This document shows positions 47,030 through 55,114 of a DNA stretch of 64,000 bases, piece by piece; position 1 is the stretch's first letter, and each line of letters starts with the position of its first letter. The stretch lies in the IMG/VR virus record IMGVR_UViG_3300036803_000040, positions 11,615-75,614 of that record. One strand, written 5' to 3'. Source of the DNA: a virus (taxonomy: Duplodnaviria > Caudoviricetes). A model generated the notes under the pieces. The model was not told the origin of the DNA, did not search any database, and saw only the letters and a program-made list of their open reading frames with translations. The position numbers and the translations under genes are program-made.

Positions 47030-47764
47030 TCAGCCCTCCACCTTTCCGCCGAATGCTTCCACGGCCTTGTCCTCGGACTCGGCGAGCCCCATGTTCACGA
47101 ACCGCTGACGCCAGTACGGCTGCGCCTTGCGGCGAGTGCTGGCGGTGCGGGTACGGTCCTCGCCGGCGTCGGAGCGCTTGGCGCCCTCGCCCTTGACCCG
47201 CGGCTTGCCGGTCGCCTCCGCGATCAGGTCACGGACGTGATCGAGATCAGCCTCGACGCGCGCCTCGAGCACCTGCTGAGCGGTGAGCTCCTTGCCGTCC
47301 GCGTCGCGCTGCTCGCTCTCGGCGATCTGCAGCGAAGCGGGAGGCCCTTCGGGAAGCATGGAGTAGCGCGCCTGCAGATCGACCTTCCACTTCGGCGGGA
47401 TGCCGACGGCCGACTCGATCAGCCGGTGCGCGATGGTGCTGAGCTCGCGCTGCTCATCGCGCTCGGCGATGGTGCGCTCGGTCTGCTCGCGCAGCCGCTG
47501 CTCAAACTCTTCGACGGTCGGCATGTCGGAGCTGGACTCCTGCATGATCCGACGGACGTCAGCCTCAGTGAGCCCTTCCTTCATGTCGTCCGCATCTCCG
47601 TCGTCGTCGTTCTTCTTGGCGCCGCGCTTCCGCTTGACCTCTTCGCCGGCGCTGCCGGCGCCGCTGTCGCTCGACTCAGCAAGCGCGGGCAGCAGATGCG
47701 GAGCGTGCTCCTGCATCCACTCGCGGAGCTCGTCAGGCTTTGTGGGAAGCGCGATATCACTCAT
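47030..47764 (-). CDS. Putative internal in-frame scaffold protein (244 aa)
   Basis: ATG 47764 (MSDIALP) lies 9 nt after a GTGGTAT-N17-TACGCT promoter match. Confidence 0.5.
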   Translation of the reverse strand: MSDIALPTKPDELREWMQEHAPHLLPALAESSDSGAGSAGEEVKRKRGAKKNDDDGDADDMKEGLTEADVRRIMQESSSDMPTVEEFEQRLREQTERTIAERDEQRELSTIAHRLIESAVGIPPKWKVDLQARYSMLPEGPPASLQIAESEQRDADGKELTAQQVLEARVEADLDHVRDLIAEATGKPRVKGEGAKRSDAGEDRTRTASTRRKAQPYWRQRFVNMGLAESEDKAVEAFGGKVEG

Positions 47765-48541
47765 GTGCGGCGAAGCGTAAAGCGACTCCGCGAGCGATAC
47801 CACTAGCCGCACGTCGTCGCTGCTCCACTCGCCCACTTCGGGCCACGCGCCCTCTTCCTCGAGGCCCTCCGCGATCAGCAGTTTCCCGCCCGCGCCGCCA
47901 CGCACCACGTAGTCGACCGAGCCCTGCGGCTGCCGGCGGATCCCCTCGATGATCATGCCCTTCTGGCCGGCGCGCCACGGCACCGGGCCCGGCTTGCCCG
48001 ACGTCGGCCACGCGTTGATCGACGTGTGCAACAGGTTCGGGTTCTCGCCCACCGTCTTACGGACCAGCGGCGTCGCCCAAACCTCAGCGATCACGCCGCC
48101 CTTCTGATAGCCGTAGTTGGCGTCATCCTCCTGCACGAAATCGCGATCCCAGCCGCCCTTGAGCACTTGGCCACCGAGCTCGCGGACGCTGCGGCCGTAC
48201 TTCGCGAGCGTCTTGGCGAGCTCGGGCGGAGCGTGATCGAGAAACATCGGCCAGCCGTTGAAGACGCCGGCGTTGCTCTCGAGCATCCGCGGCGTGTAGA
48301 CCGGCGACAGACCACGCACCCGCCGGCCGCGGCTCATGCACGGCCGGATCGTGACCATCTTGCCGACGCCCTGATCGTCGAACACTTTGCCGAGCTTGGG
48401 CCGGCCTGCCGCCACGGCGATCGGAGCTCGGCGCTCCTGCACCCATGTCGGCGTCCAGACCTGCGCCTCGACGCACGGCCCGAACGTGAGGATCTCCTCG
48501 GCGCTCAGCGCCTCCTGCAGCTCGTCGTCCTCGTCGGCCAC
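47030..48541 (-). CDS. Prohead protease plus scaffold
   Basis: VYTPRMLE...MFLDH...RSVRELGG...TSINA...SVDYV protease-like half; acidic coiled-coil C-half. Confidence 0.8.
   Translation of the reverse strand: MADEDDELQEALSAEEILTFGPCVEAQVWTPTWVQERRAPIAVAAGRPKLGKVFDDQGVGKMVTIRPCMSRGRRVRGLSPVYTPRMLESNAGVFNGWPMFLDHAPPELAKTLAKYGRSVRELGGQVLKGGWDRDFVQEDDANYGYQKGGVIAEVWATPLVRKTVGENPNLLHTSINAWPTSGKPGPVPWRAGQKGMIIEGIRRQPQGSVDYVVRGGAGGKLLIAEGLEEEGAWPEVGEWSSDDVRLVVSLAESLYASPHMSDIALPTKPDELREWMQEHAPHLLPALAESSDSGAGSAGEEVKRKRGAKKNDDDGDADDMKEGLTEADVRRIMQESSSDMPTVEEFEQRLREQTERTIAERDEQRELSTIAHRLIESAVGIPPKWKVDLQARYSMLPEGPPASLQIAESEQRDADGKELTAQQVLEARVEADLDHVRDLIAEATGKPRVKGEGAKRSDAGEDRTRTASTRRKAQPYWRQRFVNMGLAESEDKAVEAFGGKVEG
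47774..47803 (-). promoter_or_regulatory. Late-type promoter inside the protease gene
   Basis: CTAGTGGTAT-17 nt-TACGCT. Confidence 0.55.
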
Positions 48542-48545
48542 GGGA

Positions 48546-48962
48546 TCAGTAGTAGGGGAGCTTGCGGTCGGTGCCGTTGATCCGCACCGTCACGTAGCCC
48601 GCCGGCGTCGCCGGCAGAGCCGAGCCGCCACCCGCGGCCGGCGCCGCGGTCTGAGACGCGCCCGTGAGCGCCGTCTCCGCTTGGCTCGGCGTCTGATTGA
48701 CGTCCTGCAGCAGCCCGCGGACGGTGTTCTCCGACACGCCGAGCAGGTTCGCCACCTCTGACACCGGATGCCCGGCATAGGCCAGGTCGACGGCCCGCTG
48801 ATTGAGCGTGCCCGGCGCGGTCAACCCGGCCGCGACATTGGAGAGGTTCTGCAGCGCGCCCCGGATTGTGTTCTCGGACACGCCCATCAGGTTTGCGATC
48901 TCGGAGATCCCGTGCCCGCCGTGCGCCAGATCCACGATCCGCTGAGTTTGTGTAGTCGCCAT
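48546..48962 (-). CDS. Tandem-HTH protein with fibre-like C-terminal motif
   Basis: Two repeats of R.VDLA..GH..SE.ANL.GVSENT.RG.LQ; ends PATPAGYVTVRINGTDRKLPYY. Confidence 0.75.
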   Translation of the reverse strand: MATTQTQRIVDLAHGGHGISEIANLMGVSENTIRGALQNLSNVAAGLTAPGTLNQRAVDLAYAGHPVSEVANLLGVSENTVRGLLQDVNQTPSQAETALTGASQTAAPAAGGGSALPATPAGYVTVRINGTDRKLPYY

Positions 48963-48969
48963 GCGCCAC

Positions 48970-48999
48970 AGCCTAAGCCCGGTCGCCGGCGCATACCCC
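48970..48999 (-). promoter_or_regulatory. Late-type promoter GGGGTAT-N17-TAGGCT
   Basis: 7 nt before ATG 48962, heading the capsid operon. Confidence 0.65.
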
Positions 49000-49006
49000 T
49001 AGAACG

Positions 49007-49040
49007 AACGACGGCGCCCCCGTGAGGGAGCGCCGCCGTT
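49007..49040 (-). terminator. Terminator after the Rpf-like gene
   Basis: GGCGGCGCTCCC-tcac-GGGGGCGCCGTC-GTTCGTTCT on the minus strand. Confidence 0.65.
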
Positions 49041-49074
49041 GGCTGAAACCCGGTAGGAAAGAAATCCTACCCCG

Positions 49075-49632
49075 TCAGCAGCCGTCGTATGGCGCCCACG
49101 GCTGAGCGCCGCGATCGGCGTACATCCGCGAGAACGCCTGCTTCTGCTCGGCCAGGCTGCCCTGACCGCCGGGCCCTTGGATCCCGTAGATGTTCGACGA
49201 GCCGGCACCGTTGGTCGACTCGCGCATGGCGACACACTGCGCGAACGAGCTCGGCACTCCCGGCACGCTGCCATAGCCGCCGGCGCTCGAGCTCGGCGTG
49301 TAACTCGCCGACGACGCGGCCGGCGCGGAATATGACGAGCTCGGCGTTGGCGTTGAGATCGCCGCCGGCGCTACTACGGGCGCCGGCGGTGGCGCGAGCA
49401 TCCGCTCGAGCACATGCGTCGACGCGACCACCTGTGCATCCGTGGCCGGGCCCTTCGCGGTGCCATCCTTGACGATGTTGCGGCCCGGAGCCTGCGCCCC
49501 GAGCTTCGCTACCACGTGCCGGCGCACGTAGGAATACACGCCACGGTGGCGTGCTGTCGGCGCCTTAGCCTGCGCCGCTGCCGGAAACACGACGGCCAGC
49601 AGAGCGGCCATCATCATCAGTCGTCGTTTCAT
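49075..49632 (-). CDS. Secreted Rpf-like (lysozyme-fold) muralytic protein
   Basis: Signal peptide with AQA site, Ser/Pro linker, CVAMRES...YGIQ...SLAEQ...GAQPW..C. Confidence 0.7.
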   Translation of the reverse strand: MKRRLMMMAALLAVVFPAAAQAKAPTARHRGVYSYVRRHVVAKLGAQAPGRNIVKDGTAKGPATDAQVVASTHVLERMLAPPPAPVVAPAAISTPTPSSSYSAPAASSASYTPSSSAGGYGSVPGVPSSFAQCVAMRESTNGAGSSNIYGIQGPGGQGSLAEQKQAFSRMYADRGAQPWAPYDGC

Positions 49633-49692
49633 CGGTAGACCTCCTGAAACGCGTAGAGCCGACGCTGCGATAACTCAGCGCCGGCAATTTGC

Positions 49693-49707
49693 GATCAGGA
49701 AGTTATC
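49693..49707 (+). promoter_or_regulatory. Inverted-orientation GATAAC-N4-TGATC site upstream of the Rpf-like gene
   Basis: gatcaggaagttatc; a second GATAAC half-site at 49669. Confidence 0.45.
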
Positions 49708-49728
49708 AGGATCCCGGCGCGGATGACG

Positions 49729-50751
49729 CTAGACGACGGTGCCGCCGGCGAAGTTCGCCTTGTTCATCCTCAGCTGCGCGTTGCTCTTCGCCTGAGCTCG
49801 CAGCTTGACGCGCTGCTGCTTCGCCGCGGCCCTGCTCGCCGGCGTGCTCTTCGTCCGGCTCGCCTTGATCGTCGCCTGCTTGCTCGTGATCGGGCCCGGC
49901 GCGATCGCCCTGGCGTTCACGTTCCCGCGCAGCGCCGCGAGCGTCTGCCGGCCAATCACCCCGTCGACCTGCAGCCCGTGCTGCTTCTGATAGTTGGTCA
50001 CCGCCGCCTGCGTCTGCGGCCCATACTTGCCGTCGGCGGGAATGTGCAGCTGGCGCTGCAGCGACTTCACCAGCGCCCCCTGCGACCCCTGGCCCAGCAC
50101 CCGCGGCGTCGACGTGCGCGAGCTCGAGCTCCGCGTGGAGTGCCGGCGCGACGTCGCCCGCGTGGCGCGCTTGCCGCCGGTCGTATAGCCGAACTTGCCG
50201 CCCCCAGCTCGAGGATGCTTGCTCGGGTTCCACGTCTTGTAGCCGGCCGCGAGCTGCTTCTGCGCGGCCGCGGCCTGAGCTGCGCCGCGGACCTGCGACT
50301 GCTGCGGCGTCTCGAGCGGCGGATTGAACGCCTCGAGCATCATCCCGATCCCCTCACGGACCGGCGACGGCTTCGTCCCCGGATGCGGCGGCGGCTTGCC
50401 CAACGGCAGCGCGGCCGGCTGCCGAGCTCCCGGCACCGCGCCGGGCCCCGGCGCCTGCTGCGCCTGCTTCATCGCCGCGGCCGCTTCCCGCTTGCGCTCG
50501 AGCGCGTGCTGCGCCGGCGTGTCGAGCTTCACGTCCCCCACGGGCGCCTTGACGTGCGCGCCACCGCCCTCCGGGGCGATGATCGCATGCGTCGGTGGCG
50601 TGCCGCCATGCGGGCGCACGACGCGCCCCACGACCGATTTCCCGCCCTTCACCGAGACGCGCACCCGATCGCTGCTCGTGAAATCCGAGTCCGGGAACTC
50701 CTGCGCCGGCGGCGGCGGAGCGAACCCCTCGAGCAGCATCGAGATGCCCAT
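49729..50751 (-). CDS. Head-region protein with SH3-like, HPR module and PG_binding_1 domain
   Basis: MLLEGF, MMLEAF, WNPSKHPRAGGGKF, GSQGALVKSLQ...DGKYGPQT.AAV..YQ...GL.VDG.IG..T. Confidence 0.8.
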   Translation of the reverse strand: MGISMLLEGFAPPPPAQEFPDSDFTSSDRVRVSVKGGKSVVGRVVRPHGGTPPTHAIIAPEGGGAHVKAPVGDVKLDTPAQHALERKREAAAAMKQAQQAPGPGAVPGARQPAALPLGKPPPHPGTKPSPVREGIGMMLEAFNPPLETPQQSQVRGAAQAAAAQKQLAAGYKTWNPSKHPRAGGGKFGYTTGGKRATRATSRRHSTRSSSSRTSTPRVLGQGSQGALVKSLQRQLHIPADGKYGPQTQAAVTNYQKQHGLQVDGVIGRQTLAALRGNVNARAIAPGPITSKQATIKASRTKSTPASRAAAKQQRVKLRAQAKSNAQLRMNKANFAGGTVV

Positions 50752-51566
50752 CAGCAGCCCTCGAGCAGCGCGCCGAGCGCCGACTCAGTGATCCGCCGAG
50801 CTCGAGCAGCCTTCTCGGCCGCGAGCTGCGCGTTCTGAAGCCTGTAGGCGTCCTGCACGACCTGACCGCGGTAGGCCGGATGCAACGGGCCGATCTTCGT
50901 CGCGTTGCTGTGATGAACGTCCACCGTCGTGCCCGTCACCGGATCGCGCAGCCGCAGATACCCGTTGCGCTGCAGGCCCGACACGGCACGCAGCTGCGGC
51001 TTGCTGTAGCCCTCCACCTTGCCGTTGACGATGCTCGGCGTCCGATACTGCGCGACGTCGCCAACCTTGAAACCGCCGTGACGATCCTGCTGCGGCGCCG
51101 GCGTCGCCCCGAACTCAAGCCCGTCCTTCTGAGCTCGCCGGATCGCATCCTCGGTCGGCGGCTTGTACGGCTTCGCTGCCGGCGCGTTCGGATCCAGCTT
51201 GCGCCGGCGCGACGTCTCAAGGTCCGCCTGCGCGCGGCGCCGGTCAGTCATGCTCATCGGCGTTTCGCCTTGACTACGCCACGCGGGCGATCGCGGTTCC
51301 GGAGCCTTCCCCGTCGCCAGATCCACCACCCGCTGCGCCCCAGCCCGATCGATCGCCGGACGTCCCGGCCGAGCTCGCACCGCGCCCTGAACGGCCGACA
51401 GCAGCCGCTCCCGGTCGAACGACGTGCCGCCCTGCACCGTCGTGACCTGCGTCTTGCCGTGCATCACGTGCAGCTCGCCGGCCACCCACCGGCCATGCCA
51501 ACCCCGCGGATGCTTCGCATCGCTGAACCCCTCGAGCAGCATCGTGATCGGCACGCCGGCCATCAT
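50751..51566 (-). CDS. Head-region protein with HPR module and SH3/KOW-like domain
   Basis: MLLEGFSDAKHPRGWHGRW; FKVGDVAQY...; ends LLEGC. Confidence 0.7.
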   Translation of the reverse strand: MMAGVPITMLLEGFSDAKHPRGWHGRWVAGELHVMHGKTQVTTVQGGTSFDRERLLSAVQGAVRARPGRPAIDRAGAQRVVDLATGKAPEPRSPAWRSQGETPMSMTDRRRAQADLETSRRRKLDPNAPAAKPYKPPTEDAIRRAQKDGLEFGATPAPQQDRHGGFKVGDVAQYRTPSIVNGKVEGYSKPQLRAVSGLQRNGYLRLRDPVTGTTVDVHHSNATKIGPLHPAYRGQVVQDAYRLQNAQLAAEKAARARRITESALGALLEGC

Positions 51567-51574
51567 AAGCCGCG

Positions 51575-51667
51575 TCAGCTGCGAAAGCCGCGGGCCCAGA
51601 CGCGGAGACGCCGCGCCCAAGAGCGCAGCATCTCCACCGCCATGTAGCTGATCGGGTCGACCCTCAT
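51575..51667 (-). CDS. 30-aa peptide
   Basis: MRVDPISYMAVEMLRSWARRLRVWARGFRS; TGATG overlap. Confidence 0.4.
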   Translation of the reverse strand: MRVDPISYMAVEMLRSWARRLRVWARGFRS

Positions 51668-52047
51668 CAGTCGTAGCTCGCGTACTGAGCTGGCGTCTCG
51701 AACCGGTCGTGCAACGCAACCGCCCCGTAGAACCGAGAGCCGGTGATCTTCTCGACGGCCTGACCGAACCGGCTATCGCTCGTCGCGACATAAGCGCCGC
51801 CCATCATCGGGCCCACCCCGGCCGGCGGGCGCAGCGGCTTGTATTCGCCGTCGACTTCCACCGCCGGCACGACGCGCGCCACGCCGGGAACGTTGCCCTT
51901 GAGCAGCAACGCCGCGGGGCGCGTCTCGTCGGGCTCGAATGGCCCCTCGACGTTGACGAGCGTGAGCGAGTCCTTCTCGCTCGAGACGCCACCGTTCGAG
52001 CAGTTGCCGATCCGCTTGTCCTCGAGTATCGACACGATCAGTCCCAT
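51667..52047 (-). CDS. Conserved phage hypothetical protein
   Basis: NCSNGGVSS...GPFEP...MMGG.Y..TSDSRF...YGAV.LHDR.E. Confidence 0.75.
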   Translation of the reverse strand: MGLIVSILEDKRIGNCSNGGVSSEKDSLTLVNVEGPFEPDETRPAALLLKGNVPGVARVVPAVEVDGEYKPLRPPAGVGPMMGGAYVATSDSRFGQAVEKITGSRFYGAVALHDRFETPAQYASYD

Positions 52048-52049
52048 CT

Positions 52050-52337
52050 CTACACCTCCCAGCCGGCGAGTGCCGCCGCTTCGTCGTTGGTCAAGATCCG
52101 CACCGACTCGCGGCCGGTCAGGAACCCCGTCAGGTAGTCGCTCCCGATGCCGCACACCGGCTCGACCACGCCGGCGCTCCACCCCTCGATCGCGGCGCTC
52201 ATCACGCTCCCGTCTCGCAGGTAGACCAGCAGCACGGGATCCTGCGGGTCCGTGCCGACGGTCACCTTGAGCCGTCTCCCGGCGTTCAGCGCGTCCCTCG
52301 CGCGCTGCACCGTCAGTCGATCGTTATCCGTACTCAC
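52050..52337 (-). CDS. Hypothetical protein
   Basis: 95-aa ORF. Confidence 0.65.
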   Translation of the reverse strand: MSTDNDRLTVQRARDALNAGRRLKVTVGTDPQDPVLLVYLRDGSVMSAAIEGWSAGVVEPVCGIGSDYLTGFLTGRESVRILTNDEAAALAGWEV

Positions 52338-52340
52338 TGC

Positions 52341-53021
52341 TCAGCCCTCCTCTGTCGGGCAGCTCGCGCACCGTGCGCCCTGCTGCCGGTTGTAACGGAT
52401 CATCGAGCCCTTCTCGAGCTCAGCGCCGCAGTCCTCACACGAGCTCGTGAACCGAGCCGTGATCATCCTGTCCCGCGGGCCCTGCACCTTCTCGCGCTGC
52501 AGACGCTCGAGACGCTGCCGCGCCTGCGTGATCTGCCCGCCGAGATTGGTCACCTTGTACTGAGCCGCACCCGCGGCCCGCATGACCTCCTCGCGCTCCC
52601 ATGCGCCCTTCGCGCGGAGCTCGGCACCGCCGGCCTTGCGGATCTCCGCGCGCTTGGCCTTGACCGCCTCACGCTCCCGCTCGAGCCCGGCCAGCTTCGC
52701 GGTCAGCCGCTCGATCGCGTCCGGATCGTCATCGTAGATCGCGCGCTCGGCCTGAGCTCGGATCTCCTCCGCCGCGCCGGCCTGCCGTGCCGCCTTCCGG
52801 CTCAGCTCGAGCGACGCGTCCGCTGCGTTGCGAGCTCGCTCGAGCGCCTTCTCGTGACGCCGCTGCGAGTGATGCCCGACCAGGATCGGCTGCCCGAACG
52901 GGATCATCGCCGTGGCCGCGCGGCTCGCCTCGTGCGCCGCGTCACCCTTCGACGCGTTCCCCGAGCTCCAACCGTCCAGCCTGTCCGCTCGAGCCAACCT
53001 GCGTTCGCGGTAGGTCGTCAT
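52341..53021 (-). CDS. DUF3560-like protein with C-terminal Zn ribbon
   Basis: RERR..RA.R...IPFGQPILVGHHSQRRH...I.LDDPDA.E.L..KL; CEDC...RC..C. Confidence 0.8.
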   Translation of the reverse strand: MTTYRERRLARADRLDGWSSGNASKGDAAHEASRAATAMIPFGQPILVGHHSQRRHEKALERARNAADASLELSRKAARQAGAAEEIRAQAERAIYDDDPDAIERLTAKLAGLEREREAVKAKRAEIRKAGGAELRAKGAWEREEVMRAAGAAQYKVTNLGGQITQARQRLERLQREKVQGPRDRMITARFTSSCEDCGAELEKGSMIRYNRQQGARCASCPTEEG

Positions 53022-53215
53022 CCCGTCATCTCCATGATCGTGCTCGTCTCGGCCTCGTGCTCGCCGTCCGCGCTACCGGCCTCGACCGCGGCCATGCACC
53101 CGCTGTTGCCCGCTTCGTACTCCACCCACGCGCCGTCGACGTCTTCCCTGACGGTCTGGCCGCAGTAGATGCAGACGCCCTCTCTGCGGCGCGTCTGCTC
53201 GGTTCCCTTATCCAT
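53018..53215 (-). CDS. Small Cys-containing hypothetical protein
   Basis: AGAAAGGAG RBS; CIYCG. Confidence 0.65.
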   Translation of the reverse strand: MDKGTEQTRRREGVCIYCGQTVREDVDGAWVEYEAGNSGCMAAVEAGSADGEHEAETSTIMEMTG

Positions 53216-53252
53216 CTCACCTTCTCCTTTCTGAGCCTCCCGGCCCACTAGG

Positions 53253-53270
53253 GATGATAACAGGTTTATC
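53253..53270 (-). promoter_or_regulatory. 18-bp repeat copy 1 (GATGATAACAGGTTTATC)
   Basis: Identical at five intergenic sites; TATCAT -10 on the minus strand. Confidence 0.8.
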
Positions 53271-53275
53271 GCGTG

Positions 53276-53761
53276 TCAGCTGCTCCTCTCGTCGCCGGCG
53301 ATGCCGACGCAGCGCCACCCCTCAGCGGCCTTCGCGCCCTGCCGGAAGACCGTGACGTAAGCGCTCGCCGCTCCGCTCAGCCCCGTCCCCGATGCGGCGA
53401 TCGCCGCGCCGGCCGCGGCCCGCTCGACGATCTCCGTCGTGCGATACCCGCGCCTGGCCAGCGCCTTCGCCGAGCTCCCCGTGGGGATCCACTCGCCGGC
53501 GCCCGTCAGCCACTTCTCGCCGTAGCGGGTCTGGCAGACCTTCGCCTCGACGGCCGCGCCCTCGAGCGTGACCAGCGCCGTCCGGGCGAACAATGCCGTC
53601 CCGCCGGCCTCAGCGATCTCCGCCTGCGTGTCCTTCAACCGAGCGGTGATCCCGCTCGCCCACTGCGACAGGAACCCGTCCGTGTCGCAACGCTCGAAAC
53701 TCGCCGCGGCCTCCGCGCGACAAGCCGCCGCCTGCTCCCTCAATTCGCTCGCCGTACCCAT
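53276..53761 (-). CDS. Hypothetical protein
   Basis: SFERCDTDGFLSQWA motif; strong RBS. Confidence 0.75.
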   Translation of the reverse strand: MGTASELREQAAACRAEAAASFERCDTDGFLSQWASGITARLKDTQAEIAEAGGTALFARTALVTLEGAAVEAKVCQTRYGEKWLTGAGEWIPTGSSAKALARRGYRTTEIVERAAAGAAIAASGTGLSGAASAYVTVFRQGAKAAEGWRCVGIAGDERSS

Positions 53762-53793
53762 CCGATCACCGCCTTTCTCTCGTTTGCAGACCT

Positions 53794-53811
53794 GATGATA
53801 ACAGGTTTATC
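53794..53811 (-). promoter_or_regulatory. 18-bp repeat copy 2
   Basis: GATGATAACAGGTTTATC. Confidence 0.8.
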
Positions 53812-53817
53812 GCCCGG

Positions 53818-54804
53818 CTACGCCTCCGCGGCGAGCTCGAGCCCGCGCAGGATCCGCTCGCGGTCTGCCTGCTCGAGCGCCACCTCACGCCGATAGACGT
53901 CCAAGTCGATCTCGCTGCGGATCGCCTCCCGCACCGTGTCCGCGAGCAGCTCCGGAGGCATCGCCTCGAGCTGACACGTCTCGCCCGTCCAGTTGCGTGA
54001 GCGCGTGTCGCTTTTCTTCGGCGGCGCCGTCGGGAGATCATTCTCATAGACCTGATCCTCGGTCAGCGCCACACGCACCGGCCGCAGCTCGGGCGAACGC
54101 TTGCCCGTGACGATCTCCATCACCTGCTCCTCCTCGAGCGACATCGCCTTACCCAGCGCGATCGCGTTCTCGGGATCGTCGTTCACCTGCGCCGCGTGCA
54201 CGAGCTGGCGCACGAACATCCGCGCGTCCTGCGCCATCGCCGTGAAGATCGACTCGCCCGACGGGTCATAGTCGCCGCAGTGCAGGAACACCGTCGGCAC
54301 GTCGCGCAGCAGAGCTCGCTTCGCGATCTCCCACGTCACCGTCACGCTCGAGAACCCACCCGTCGAATAGATCGGCACGCTGAACGGATACGCGACGCGC
54401 TGCATCTGCGGCACCATGCCGGCCGCTTCGCACCAGAGCTCGATCGCGACATCCTGGCCGGCGAGCCGGTGCCTTGAGTAGTGCTCGACGTCGCTCTGCA
54501 CGCCCTCCCAGAAATCCGCCACGTCAGCGAACGTCTGCGGCTCACCGCCGGCGGTCCCGTCATCACGGATCGCCCCGAACGAGATCATCCCCGCCCGGCG
54601 AGCTCGCACGAGCATCTCGCACAGCCGCGCGTAAGCCTGCTCGGTCTTGTCATAGCCGTACTGGCCGACCAGCCGGTAGAACACCTGGCGGACCGTCAGC
54701 GGCAGGAACTTCTGATACTCCTCGAGCACCGAGTCGACCTGATCCAACAGCGCGAGCGTCTCCACTCGCGGCTCCCACGTCGCAAACCCACGCGGTCTAG
54801 CCAC
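53818..54804 (-). CDS. Toprim-domain protein (TopoVI-A/Spo11/JetD-like)
   Basis: LTVRQVFYRLV, ELWCEA, GGFSS, LHCGDYDPSG, RVALT..Q, LEAMPP. Confidence 0.8.
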   Translation of the reverse strand: MARPRGFATWEPRVETLALLDQVDSVLEEYQKFLPLTVRQVFYRLVGQYGYDKTEQAYARLCEMLVRARRAGMISFGAIRDDGTAGGEPQTFADVADFWEGVQSDVEHYSRHRLAGQDVAIELWCEAAGMVPQMQRVAYPFSVPIYSTGGFSSVTVTWEIAKRALLRDVPTVFLHCGDYDPSGESIFTAMAQDARMFVRQLVHAAQVNDDPENAIALGKAMSLEEEQVMEIVTGKRSPELRPVRVALTEDQVYENDLPTAPPKKSDTRSRNWTGETCQLEAMPPELLADTVREAIRSEIDLDVYRREVALEQADRERILRGLELAAEA

Positions 54805-55114
54805 GGGACATCACCTCCTCGATCGTCTGTTTGAACTTGCCGGCGATCGCCGGCGGGAACGCCTCGAGCACCTCCTCGAGCTCGCCGCTTCGATAGTCAC
54901 CGTCGAGCTCGCCGGGCCCGTGGAACGCCGCGGCCCACTCACTACGCGGCGGGCGGGCATCCTCGTGCCAGCCCGTCCCGTCGGTCGACCACATGCCAGG
55001 GAACCGCTCCTCGTCCCGGAGGATCTCCGTCTGCGGGCCCCACACCTGATAAGAGACGCGGCCGGCGTCGAGCGTCCAGCCCGGCCCGTGGAATCGCATC
55101 GCCTCGATCTTCAT
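54797..55114 (-). CDS. Hypothetical protein
   Basis: 105-aa Trp-rich ORF. Confidence 0.65.
   Translation of the reverse strand: MKIEAMRFHGPGWTLDAGRVSYQVWGPQTEILRDEERFPGMWSTDGTGWHEDARPPRSEWAAAFHGPGELDGDYRSGELEEVLEAFPPAIAGKFKQTIEEVMSRG

Noticed and set aside
49007-49080. c-di-AMP (ydaO) riboswitch near the Rpf-like gene
   Set aside because: Only fragments (GCTGAA, GTAGG, CCCGTCAGC) resemble it; they lie downstream of the gene on the opposite strand and are explained by terminator hairpins.
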